In this document: piece by piece, positions 27,025-39,202 of the stretch | Numbering within the stretch: position 1 is the first letter of the stretch | How the letters are laid out: each line of letters begins with the position of its first letter | Assembly (NCBI RefSeq): GCF_006345805.1 | Contig: NC_043008.1 | Location: 7,192,001 to 7,256,000 of the forward strand | Direction: 5' to 3' | DNA length: 64,000 bases | From: Octopus sinensis | Taxonomy: Eukaryota | Position numbers and translations under genes: made by a program | Notes under the pieces: generated by a model | Database searches by the model: none | The model's input: only the letters and a program-made list of their open reading frames with translations | What the model was told of the DNA's origin: nothing

Positions 27025-27174
27025 CTATAGTAGTAGTAGTAGTAGTAGTACTAGTAGTAGTAGTAATAGTAGTAGTAGTAGTAGTAATAGTAGTATTAGT
27101 AGCAGTAGTAGTAATAGTAGTAGTATTAGTAGTAGTAGTAGTAGTAGTAGTAGTATCATTAGTAGTATTAGTAT

Positions 27175-27257
<83 letters not shown>
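27025..27257. repeat. (TAG)n microsatellite
   Basis: Direct reading. Confidence 0.95.
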
Positions 27258-27840
27258 CAACTGCAATGGAAAGTAATAAGTGAGGAATTAACGAAGAATA
27301 AACTACCTCCGCAAAACACCGAATAACTTAGACTATTATAGAATTCTTTGATCTTACCAGAGTTGCACATTAGGAATTATAATGCTAATTAAATGTTCTG
27401 GTTTGGATAATACTTGGAATCTTCTTTGAAGAATAAGGATTAAATTGTCTGAAAATAGAATTTCGTTTGTCTTTCTACACGAAGAGAATATAAGACAAAA
27501 TAATAAAAAAAACAATAAAAATGTAAAAAAACATAAAGGAAATTATATTCATACATACACATATTATATTCATATACACACCCGCAAGCACATACATATA
27601 CACACAAATATGATAAAACTCAAATGGGCTTTTGGTCATATAGGAAAGGGTTAAAGAAATGAATCCGATTACATGGAAATGAAGAGGAAGTTATTTTATA
27701 AATTTCACAAAGCTTAGACGTCCCTCCGGATCTGTGTGTAACACTCTATTCTCCGTATGTATGCGTCTATAGGTACGAACATCTATGAGGTTGTGCGCAT
27801 GCGTATTTCTAACTTTGTACTTATGCGTGTGTATTCATGT

Positions 27841-28106
27841 GTGGAGGCGCGTGGCTTAGTGGTTAGGGTGCCAGCATCATGATCGTAAGATTGTGGTTTC
27901 GATTCCTGGACCGGGCGACGTGTTGTGTTCTTGAGCAAAACACTTCATTTCACGTTGCTCCAGTCCACTCATCTGGCAAAAATGAGTAACGCTGCGATGG
28001 ACTGACATCCCGTCCAGTTGGGGAACACATACACCATTGAAACCGGGAAACTGGGCCCATGAGCCTGGCTAGGCTTTAAAATGGCGCATTTATTTTTATT
28101 TTTATT
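27841..28106 (+). mobile_element. SINE family B (tRNA head + CORE-like domain), 9-bp TSD TATTCATGT
   Basis: A box TGGCTTAGTGG, GTTTCGATTCC, CORE-like GTGTTCTTGAGCAAAACACTTCATTTCACGTTGCTCCAGTCCACTCATCTGGCAAAAATGAG; TSD at 27832-27840 and 28107-28115. Confidence 0.9.
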
Positions 28107-28199
28107 TATTCATGTTTGTTGTTGAGTTTATTATGAGGAATTACCACGACCAGTATTGAATACTTTGCTTGTGTTATGTCTCCGATATTTACAGCATAC

Positions 28200-28420
28200 A
28201 ATTTAGTGAACCGGCAGAATTTTTAGCGTTCCGAGCAAAATGCTTAGCGGCATTTCGTGCGTCTTTACGGCCTGCGTCCAAATGGAGCCGCGGTCGACTT
28301 TGCGTTTAATGTTTTCGGGATCGATAAAATAGATATCAGCTGAGCAGTGGCGTCGATGTGATCGACGAATCCTCTTTCCCGAAATTGCTTACATCGTGCC
28401 GAGATTTGCAATCAATATTT
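28200..28420 (+). mobile_element. SINE family A, decayed
   Basis: GCTTAGCGGCATTTCG...GTCGACTTTGCG...GATAAAATAG. Confidence 0.75.
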
Positions 28421-28683
28421 ACAGCATACGTTCGAATGCTACACTTTCCTATTCTAGTAAGTTATTGTCATAGAAGCAGTGGGTCAGCAACGGACTAGGG
28501 ATTGATAAGAATACGTGTTAGTGGTGAGATGTAAGGAATCTGATAAAAGAGCAACAACGAGAAAAAAAGAGAGGGAGAGAGGGATAGAGAGAAAGAAGGA
28601 GAGATAGAGAGAAAGAAAGGCAGGGAAAGAGAGAGAAAGAAAGAGAAGGGGAAAGTGAAAGTAAAAGAAGATTGAGACATAAA

Positions 28684-29072
28684 TGGATGGAAGCACTCCG
28701 TCGGTTACGACGATGAGGGTTCCGGTTGATCCGAATCAACGGAACAGCCTGCTCGTGAAATTAACGTGTAAGTGGCTGAGCACTCCACAGACACGTGTAC
28801 CCTTAACGTAGTTCTCGGGGATATTCAGCGTGACACAGAGAGTGACAAGGCCGGCCCCTTGAAGTACAGGTACAACAGAAACAGGAAGTAAGAGTGAGAG
28901 AAAGTTGTGGTGAAAGAGTACAGCAGGGATCACCACCATCCCCTGCCGGAGGCTCGTGGAGCTTAAGGTGTTTTCGCTCAATAAACACTCACAACGCCCG
29001 GTCTGGGAATCGAAACCGCGATCCTATGACCGCGAGTCCGCTGCCCTAACCACTGAGCCATTACGCCTCGAC
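28684..29072 (-). mobile_element. SINE family C, full length, 12-bp TSD TTGAGACATAAA
   Basis: TSD at 28672-28683 and 29073-29084. Confidence 0.95.
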
Positions 29073-29688
29073 TTGAGACATAAAAAGCACGTAGTGTAAT
29101 GTTCGCATTTGAACGCGAGAATTGTCCACTTTATGTAACTGGTATCAAAACATTTCCAATTAAATTCGCGTCTGATGATTCAAGTTTAATATTTATTTAA
29201 TTACGTCTTACTCTTTAGCTTTTCTACTTTCTAATCTTTCGATAATTTAGATCCGGTCTCTGTGCCATTATCAAAGAGATAAGTTACCCAATGAAAAATT
29301 CCTATCAAATATATTTACGAATCAAGTTGCAAAGGAAGACATAAAATTCTGAGAATTCTCAAGTATTTTGTTAAGATGAATAACAGTTTGATAAAAGGAC
29401 AATTCACCATTACATTCTCGGTTTAGCAGCTTCTTTTTTAAACTCTGTTAGATGAAACCTTACCACTTCGTTGCTGGTTTAGATAAGTTGGTTGTTAACC
29501 ATCTACCTGTCTGTATTGGCCAGTTGCTGGTGGAAACGGTGAACTTATGAGGCAGATGAGGTCTGTCCATTGGTACGTACGCGGAATTTAAACTCAAAAC
29601 CAAAAAAAAAAGCTGGAAGAGAAACGTATATATATCTCTAACAATATATGTAAGTATATATATAGTATATACGTATGTATATGGGTAT

Positions 29689-29781
<93 letters not shown>

Positions 29782-30092
29782 ATATGTATATATACTGTAT
29801 TTATAGATTAATCTGCCAAGAAAGAATATGTATCTATCAATGCGATGTTTGATACTATCGTGTATATATACATTACATACATACACACACACAAACATAC
29901 ACACATATACATATATATATACACATACACATACATATATGTGTATATGTATATATATATATATGTGTGCGCGCGTATATATATAAATGCATATATATAT
30001 ATATGTATGTATATATATATGTATATATATATGAGCATGTATATATAATATATATATATATATACATACAGGTACATATATATATTTATATG

Positions 30093-30123
<31 letters not shown>

Positions 30124-30599
30124 TGTGTGTATGTATTGTAAAAAGAAACACCAGCTGTAAAGTATGTTCATCTGTCGCTGATACTGATTTTGTGACGTGA
30201 ATTCACGTGTCTGGTAAGGCGAGGTTCTAGCAGCTATTCATCTCTATGGTCAATCCTGACGACGACCATCTGAATTCAACTGAGAAACAAATAAATAATT
30301 CAGCTACATCCCAAAACATCTTAATGGTGGATCTCAGAAGAGCAATATAGAATAGAGTTCTTTGATAAGCTTGTCGATCGTACAAAAGCAGAACTTTATC
30401 TCCGTGCAAATAGCCGGATACGCACAAACAGAGATATTCAAGTTATACAATGGTGACAATGCGTCATCAAAGAATGATATACATTTAATCGAATATCGTG
30501 AAACTTGAGAAGTCATAAATAAATTAAATGTGCCAACTGTGTACGAGAGTATCGATTTCATATTTTGACACAAGGCCAACAATTTCAAGGGAGAAATAA

Positions 30600-30990
30600 T
30601 AATTCCATTATATCGAACCCAGCGTTCAACTGGTACTTATTTTATCGACCACGAAAGGCTGCAAGATATAGTCAAAAACAATAGAATTTGAACTCAAAAT
30701 GTAAATTCGGAAGAAATGCCGCTAAACCTTTATCCTTGCATAACGACAGTCGAAATACCTATTTCCTTACTGCCTGCAAGGGGCTAAACACAGAGGGGAC
30801 AACCAAGGACAGACATAGGTATCAAGTCGATTACATCGACTCCAGTGCGTAACTGGTACTTAATTTATCGACCCCGAAAAGATGAAAGGCAAAGTCGACC
30901 TCGGCGGAATTTGAACTCAGGACGTGACGGCAGACGAAATACGGCTACGCATTTCGCCCGGCGCGCTAAAGTTTCTGCCAGCTCGCCGCC
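30600..30990 (-). mobile_element. SINE family A dimer (young monomer + older second unit)
   Basis: Two cores; junction GAAATAG|GTATTTCGACTG near 30760. Confidence 0.85.
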
Positions 30991-31598
30991 TTGTGGTCAT
31001 ATACCTATTATAGCAGTATCAAGGCCCAATTTTACTCAAAGCTTATAAATAAGGAGACTAACTGCGTTCTCTATTTCGAGTCAAGCTTGCTCATCGCATT
31101 TTAACAACCAGGATTCGAATGAGTTTATTTCATCAAAGTGAAATATCTTTAAAACATCTCCGTACCACAACAAAAATGTTAGTCAGCAAAAAAGTATCTA
31201 GACGAAACAGAGGCTCGAAGTATAGCATGCACAAATAGAAACACTTCCCCAAACGCAATATGTAATCATTTTGTCTCTTCTCATTAATTAGCAGCTGAAG
31301 AACGATCTTTGAAATAGAAAAGGAAATCAAAAGTCGAATCCTGAAGGAGTCTGAAGCAATTACTCAGAAGCGTAATGAATTGAAACGTACTGGACTTACA
31401 GAATATTTTTATCAGAAATCATAACCGTTCATCTTTACACAGGAGCACAAGAATGCACAACGCTGCAACAAGTAAAATGCATTCAACATTGCAAAAATAG
31501 AAACAAATCTCCTCTCATTTTCATAGGCAACATTCCACAAACGGAACAGAATAGCTTTATCATCATGTCTGCTTTCTTCTCTAAATTATATAAATGTA

Positions 31599-31678
<80 letters not shown>

Positions 31679-31842
31679 GTCTGTCTGTCTGTCTGTCTCT
31701 TTGTCTGTCTATCTGTCCATCTGTCTGTCTATATGTCTGTCTGTACGCGCTCGAGCACACGTGTGTCTATGTGTGTATGTCTGTTTGTTTGAGTGTGTGT
31801 GTGTATGTATGTGTGTGTGCGCGTACGTGCGTGCGTGTGTGT

Positions 31843-31895
<53 letters not shown>

Positions 31896-32663
31896 TGATG
31901 TGTCATTATTCACCAATGTATCTGCATATCACTTCACTTGTAGAGTCTGATGTCATTCTTCTGTCCTGAGTTTTTTTTTATCTCAGTTTATTCCTTTCTT
32001 GATAGCGATATCAAAACCTCTCATTATCTGTACTATTTAGAATGGTCGATTATAATAGTCCGTCGCATCTGCATTGCTTTTCGACAAGAAGAGTACATAA
32101 GTATAAATATCGTCAAACTTCATTTTACGGCTGTGTTTACCTTGGATAGAATTTACATTTTCTTACAACTCCTTCAAACTTCAAGAACTAATAAAATTAG
32201 GTCCAATAATATGTTTGTGTCATTTCAGCCAATCCTTCTTCCCGCATGAGGTCTTGCGTACAGTATAACTGTAATAATATAATAGTCATTATTTCGATAG
32301 ACCTTCATCTCATTTAGTTAATGCCATTTACCTGGGTTATATACTAACTATACAAGTATAAAAGGTAAAGTTGACTTCGGCGGAATTTGAACTCAGAATG
32401 TAGCGACGGGAGAAATAGCGTTAATAATTTCGCCCGGCGTACTAACGATTCTGCCAACTCGCCGCATTTCCGTACCGTTCATATAGTGGTTGTTACCATT
32501 ATTGTCGTTGTTCTTAGTCATATTCATGCATGGTATGGTGACCCTCCCGTCGCGTACATGTTGGTCTCTGTTACTACTTCTGGTCTTGACTAACGTATGA
32601 TTACAACTAAGAACAACGACAATGAAGGTACCGAAAACTATATAACGGGCCCGGATACAAACC

Positions 32664-32894
32664 TATTTCTTTACTACCCACAAGGGGCTAAACACAGAGA
32701 GGGCAAACAAGGACAGACAAACGGATTAAGTCGATTATATCGACCCCAGTGCCTAATTGGTACTTAATTTATCGACCCCGAAAGGATGAAAGGCAAAGTC
32801 GACCACGGCGGAATTTGAACTCAGAACGTAAAGACAGACGAAATACCGCTAAGCATTTCGCCCAGCGTGCAAACGATTCTGCCAGCTCGCCGCC
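32664..32894 (-). mobile_element. SINE family A, full monomer
   Basis: Consensus match; 25-bp flanking repeat at 32639-32663 and 32907-32931. Confidence 0.95.
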
Positions 32895-33129
32895 TTGTTT
32901 CACGGATATATAACGAGCACGGATACAAACCGTGTAATAATGGGCAAGCTCATATACACATGCACAAGCACAGAAGCGAGGGACAGAGACACGTGTAGGC
33001 ACACACACACACACACCACACACACACACACACACTCACATACAGACACACAGAGTGATACAGACGGAAATGCATGAACAAATAAGAATGAACATCATTG
33101 AAGAACAAAATGAACACGAGGATGGACAG

Positions 33130-33169
33130 GTCCGCTGAAGAGGTCACACATGTGTGCCGAAATCCCGAC
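33130..33169 (+). ncRNA. Degenerate minimal type I hammerhead ribozyme motif
   Basis: GUCCG CUGAAGA GG(U)CACAC AU GUGUGCC GAAA UC CCGAC: core boxes and stem II present, stem III collapsed, stem I 4/5 bp. Confidence 0.5.
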
Positions 33170-33419
33170 AATGGATATATATATAAAACAAGAACAATAA
33201 AAAACAAGTGAAGAACGGATGGATAGTGCGTGTGTTTATTTCGCACAATAAAAAATATGTAGTAGATCATCCTGAAGTATAACAATATCTCTATCAAAAC
33301 ACGACTTCATATCAGGAATCATGCAAAACAAAGACATAAACATAAATACTTACATAGATACATAGATACATATATATACATATATATATATATATATTTA
33401 TGTACTTCGTTCGTTTTCC

Positions 33420-33714
33420 GTCCTCGCGTTGTATACATTCGAAGCTTTCTTCCAGGGGATCTAATGCGCTTGGCTTAGATTTCCCTTGGCGGGCTGGCCA
33501 TATCGGAGCAATCTCAAGATTAATCAGCCGAAATTGCTAAGATGATCTGGTTCTTGACTGATGACTGAGGGCTTCGAATGTCCCGTCCTGTGGTTCTTGT
33601 GTCGTCTCTGTGGTGTTTCATGTTCTTGTCCATGTCTGTAATTATTTTTACTGTTTACCTTGCCCCAGCATGGCCACAGCTCATAAGCTGAAACTAGAAT
33701 CAATCAATCAATCA

Positions 33715-33718
<4 letters not shown>
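33420..33718 (+). mobile_element. LINE 3'UTR or SINE fragment ending in a stem-loop and (CAAT)n tail
   Basis: CCAGCATGGCCACAGCTCATAAGCTGAAAC shared with family D tails; (CAAT)n terminus. Confidence 0.6.
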
Positions 33719-33800
<82 letters not shown>

Positions 33801-34380
33801 TATACATACATACATATACATACATACAAACACAAAGACATATGTATATATGTATGTATGTAAATGTGTGTATATATATATTCATACAAATATATATATA
33901 TACATATCAGTGTATATATATATATATACATATATATATACATATATATACATACATACATATACATACATACACACGCAAAGACATATGTATATATGTA
34001 TGTATATAAATGTGTGTATATATATATTCATACAAATATATCTATATATATACATATCTGTATATATATATATATATGTATATATATACATACGCATACA
34101 TATGAATATGTACATGTATTTCATATGATAAAAACTACTTCAAAATACCAATTAAATGCCTCAAGCAAAATATATTTCAACGTCTGTTATATTCGATGTT
34201 TTTATTTTCTAATGGCTGGTGTGTTTCAAATATGATTTTATTAGATATAAAACTATCTTAGATGGAACGAATAAGAGTGACACAAAGACGGAAGACCCTT
34301 GTTATGAAGTATTTAGCTTTTAATATCATACATTAATAAAGATTTTAGCGTACGAGGACGTTGTCTAAGAATTATTACTA

Positions 34381-34445
<65 letters not shown>

Positions 34446-34458
34446 GTTGTTGTTGTTG

Positions 34459-34496
<38 letters not shown>

Positions 34497-34559
34497 ATCA
34501 TCATTCTTCTTCTTCTTCTCATTATTATTATTATTATTACTATTATTATTATTATTATT

Positions 34560-35112
34560 GTCTGAGAGAGCAGTTCATGCCATCAAAGTGACACTGGGGT
34601 AAAATATACGAAGCCCAATATACCCATCATGACTACCCGTCTGATAAAGGTACACCAGGCACATGCATCACAACCATATGTGCGCGACATGGTGATCTCA
34701 TATCAAGATAAACAGCACATGACCTTGCAGGTGGGGCCCAGTTAGAATTTTCTTCAGGTTGAGTAGCCCATCCCGCTCAAACGGTCCCTGAATAAGGGTT
34801 GTTTAAGGATGTTGAAAGAACCACCCATGTTTCCAGAGGTGAACTATTCAACCCCAAACAATCCCTCTCACACATGGCTATGATGCTCCCCCACTACTTC
34901 TGCTCGTGATCAGAGATGCACATATCGTCAGCCACTAAGGGACATGCTCAACTGGTTAAGGTCAAACACTGACAAGCAATCTGTGGTATTGAGCAGAATA
35001 TTTGCTGTAGCCCATCTTTTATACCAAGACAAAACAATGTACATGATAACACTTCCAATCAGTTAACATCAGCAGCCATGAGAGCCACTGCCTGGTACTG
35101 CATCAGGGCATT
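34560..35112. mobile_element. Family F ~550-bp element, second copy, in (ATT)n
   Basis: Near-identical to 10611-11161, same orientation. Confidence 0.9.
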
Positions 35113-35119
35113 TATTATA

Positions 35120-35216
<97 letters not shown>

Positions 35217-36006
35217 TAGGGTAGCTAAACTTTTGAAATTTCACTATCAATGGCCTAGTATGTATAAAATGTCAATAGACAACATATTTTCCATATAACT
35301 CAGAACGTAACGGCAGACGAAATACGGTTACGCATTTCGCCCGGCGTGCTAACGTTTCTGCCAGCTCGCTGCCTTATACTTAGATATGTTTCGACCAAAG
35401 ATTGGTCGAGGACATGTCTTTGAATTGATTTCAAGATCCATATGTATTTGGATCTAACGAAAACAAACTTTTGACTATTTGCTATAGAAGCTCTCTCTTG
35501 TATAGATTAAGAAACGCATCAGCTTTTCAACAATTCGTAAAGGTTATCAGACAAAAGTACGTCAGAGTTATATTTTAGATCTTAGAACTGTTAAAGTTGT
35601 TATGGAAAATAGGTATGTCCTTATAAAAGAAATGTGGATTCAATTGTATCTCACAATTTTATCTTCCCATCGTTATGTTCTTAATATATCAGTCAACATT
35701 CTGTCGAGATAATTGTAATTCTAAATCGACGTAATCTTTCTTCGTTCCTCTCGTCTCGAAATAAAGTCCAGCTCAACTTCTCTCCATGTCTCAAACATTC
35801 TAAAAATTCTCGATGATGAGTGAGGCCTTACAACCACAGACTAATACATAAGATTCCTAATCATAATACAGCTATATGTTCGCATTTATTGATAGTACAT
35901 TAAACATACATATATACATACATAGATACATACATAGATACATACACACACTCACACACATATATATATATGCATACATATACAAACACAATATATATAT
36001 ATATAT

Positions 36007-36335
36007 TGTGAGGGCGCGTGGCTTAGTGGTTAGGGCATTCGGCTCATGATCGTAAGGTTGTGAGTTCGATTCCCCGCGACGCGTTGTGTCCTTGAGCAAG
36101 ACACTTTATTTCACGTTGCTCCAGTCCACTCAGCTGGCAAAAATGAGTTGTACTTGTATTTCAAAGGGTCAGCCTTGTCACTCTCTGTGTCACGCTGATT
36201 ATCCCCGAGAACTACGTTAAGGGTACACGTGTCTGTGGAATGCTCAGCCATTTGCACGTTAATTTCACGAGCAAGCTGTTCCGTTGATCGTATCAGCTGG
36301 GACCCTCGTCGTCGTAACCGGCGGAGTCTTTTTTT
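36007..36335 (+). mobile_element. Mosaic SINE: family B head + CORE-like domain joined to family C 3' half
   Basis: 5' part matches 27841-27987, 3' part matches 39017-39195; switch near 36147. Confidence 0.9.
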
Positions 36336-36490
36336 AAGAATATATATATACATATATATATATATGCATATTATATATATATATATATATATATAGCAAT
36401 TAAGGACAACTACTTAATAAGGAAAACTTAACAAGCGTGTGGCATGCATGTATAATGCCATCTGGCATGTATGTATAATGCCCTCTATAT

Positions 36491-36541
<51 letters not shown>

Positions 36542-36811
36542 TATATATATACATAATACAAACACACACAAATACACATGCGTATGCCTATATATCTATA
36601 TGCATGGTAATATATATGTATGTATTGTATGTATGTATGCATGTATGTTTGAATGTATATATATATGTGTAACATTTCAAACCAATAATTTCCCTAACGG
36701 CGAAACATGTAAATATCTCACCACATTTCCTCACTCCTCCTACATAATAAGCTATTCCTATAATATACATAACACTCTTTTACAGCTTTACACAAAACAT
36801 GTAATGGAGGA

Positions 36812-36909
<98 letters not shown>

Positions 36910-36915
36910 AATCTC

Positions 36916-36962
<47 letters not shown>

Positions 36963-37510
36963 GTGTATTTGTCCATTTCATACCTGTACAACTATCTGCG
37001 TGTGTATGTATCTCCACTGGACACACCTGGTGAGGAGGATAGCTAGAAGTTCTGCAGACTAAAAGAAAGTGATCCAAAATGAACGGACGATAAATGCAAT
37101 GACTACGTATCTATAGCACAAACCTCAGAAATCCGGAGTTGGTATCTCGTGTACGAGAAAACCGCCAGGAGTCAGCTAATCCTCAGCTTTTTGCTAAAAT
37201 ATACGAGAAGATATCCGTAATATCAAACCGTATATGTAGGGAATGATACTGGACGTTTGTTTGTGCTTCAGATCATGGCAGCTTCCCCGAGCATAAAACT
37301 CATATTGGCACCAGACATCATGCTTTCGCTTCTCTCTGGTACATATCAACAGTGTTGGTTGGGTGTAGGAGGTGCTATGAGTGACTTATTAGACCTAAAA
37401 CCTTTCACAAATATTGGATCTTAGAGTTCTACATTTAAGAGATGAGGAATTATGTACATTATTTATATTATTTACATTTGACAGATATTTGTCCTCATCT
37501 TGATTTTTTT

Positions 37511-37556
37511 AACACAACGTTTCGGCTGATATACCCTCCAGCCTTCATCAGGTGTC
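37511..37556 (-). ncRNA. Minimal type I hammerhead ribozyme (Penelope-type), core intact
   Basis: GACAC CUGAUGA A GGCUG-(10 nt loop)-CAGCC GAAA CG U U GUGUU; 5-bp stem I, 5-bp stem II, palindromic ACGU stem III, GUU triplet. Confidence 0.8.
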
Positions 37557-37630
37557 TTAGGGGAATTTCGAACCTGGTTCTCATTCCTAAGGTATTTTTC
37601 GATGTTGTTGTGTTATTATTATTATTATTC

Positions 37631-38085
37631 TATGTTTGACTTTTGCTTTATATCTGTACAAGTTGGCTCCAAGTCTCACCCAGAGACCCCAAGAGACAAC
37701 AGGTTGGAAGTTCTGTGCCAAATTTTTTTTTTTTTTTTGTACTAGTGAATGTCTAATACATAAAAAATAAATAAATAAATAAATTTTAAAAAATGTTTGT
37801 TTTAAACCTTGGGATTACATAGAGAGTATTTTGCGTAGGATATGAGCAGTTCCCATGAGCACTATCTTTTGAATTTCTGCCATTTTGGGGTTTCCTGGTA
37901 TCTGAGTTAGGTAGCATTCAGTCCCTTTCGCTATCATTCCCAGGGCACCTATTACAACAGGTATTGTTTTAGTCTTCAGATTCCACATTTTGCTGATTTT
38001 TATTTCAAGATCTTTATATTTGCTCGGTTTTTGGTAGGTCTTGACAGATACGTTTATATCGATTGGGACAGTCATATCAATGAGG

Positions 38086-38086
<1 letters not shown>
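37631..38086 (-). mobile_element. R4/Dong 3' end, subfamily 1, inserted in (TAA)n
   Basis: LIDMTVPIDINVSVKTYQKPSKYKDLEIKISKMW...IPVVIGALG...EIQKIVLMGTAHILRKILSM*. Confidence 0.9.
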
Positions 38087-38174
<88 letters not shown>

Positions 38175-38206
38175 CATTATTATTATCATTATCATCATTA
38201 TCATCA

Positions 38207-38263
<57 letters not shown>

Positions 38264-38392
38264 TCAATGCCTGGAATCGAACTCGGAATCTTGGGGTTAG
38301 TAGCTCGTGCTCTACTCTGTGTGTGTGTGTGTGGATCGTGGGTTATTTTTTCCCTCCGTCTTCCTTTTCTCTTGGATTTTCCACCGTATCCT

Positions 38393-38427
38393 GTTTCTGA
38401 CGAAGAGCTTTGCTCAAAACGTAGAAC
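38393..38427 (+). ncRNA. Minimal type I hammerhead ribozyme with a G12>A lesion, in a probable Penelope-like terminal fragment (~38318-38510)
   Basis: GUUU CUGACGA A GAGC UUU GCUC AAAA CG U A GAAC. Confidence 0.65.
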
Positions 38428-38818
38428 CACCTTTCTTTCCTTCCCTGAACGTCTGCTAATACTTTGCATGTACTACGTCGTTACGTTGTTTTTTTTTTTA
38501 TTTTTTTATTACAAATTCAGGTGTTATGAGAGGTGAACACATTTATTACATATATTTATCTTTCATATCTCACGAAATTACTTCATCGTTTGGATCTCCT
38601 GGATTTCAACAGCATAGCACTTTACATTATACGTCGCCGTATTGGATTACTATTGGGAATCGAATCTGGGTTCGAGCAGGTATACATATATATATATAGG
38701 CTATATTGATACTCTGAGCGTCATGTAAACACTAGCAATACGGAATCGTAACCTACAGGATGCCACACTTGGTTGGCAATGATATGTTACGATTCCGTTT
38801 TGCTACTGTTTACAAGTG

Positions 38819-39202
38819 GAAGCGCAATGGCCCAGTGGTTACGGCAGCGGACTCGCGGTCATAGGATCGCGGTTTCGATTCCCAGACCGGGCGTTGTGAG
38901 TGTTTATTGAGCGAAAACATCTAAAAAGCTCCACGAGGCTCCGGCAGGGGATGGTGGTGATCCCTGCTGTACTCTTTCACCACAACTTTCTCTCACTCTT
39001 ACTTCCTGTTTCTGTTGTACCTGTATTTCAAGGGGCCGGCCTTGTTACTCTCTGTGTCACGCTGAATATCCCCGAGAACTACGTTAAGGGTACACGTGTC
39101 TGTGGAGTGCTCAGTCACTTACACGTTAATTTCACGAGCAGGCTGTTCCGTTGATTCGGATCAACCGGAACCCTCATCGTCGTAACCGACGGAGTGCTTC
39201 CA
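38819..39202 (+). mobile_element. SINE family C, full length
   Basis: Near-identical to the other two copies. Confidence 0.95.

Larger units (their letters stand above)
37424..38313 (-). mobile_element. Family E hammerhead-bearing tRNA-headed element, split by an R4/Dong insertion
   Basis: Head with B box GAGTTCGATTCC at 38273-38284; body and tail at 37424-37620; colinear with the uninterrupted copy at 4960-5175. Confidence 0.85.

Noticed and set aside
27841-27915. Possible tRNA genes in the heads of families B, C and E
   Set aside because: A/B boxes are present but acceptor stems do not close and each continues into a SINE body
33555-33590. CTGATGA followed by CGAATGTC as a hammerhead
   Set aside because: No convincing stem II and GAAT instead of GAAA
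35385-35420. Hairpin GACCA/TGGTC followed by GAAAC on the minus strand
   Set aside because: No CUGANGA box upstream
18587-39154. Three near-identical MFIERKH...SRLFR ORFs suggesting a gene family
   Set aside because: All lie inside family C SINE copies; frames differ by indels
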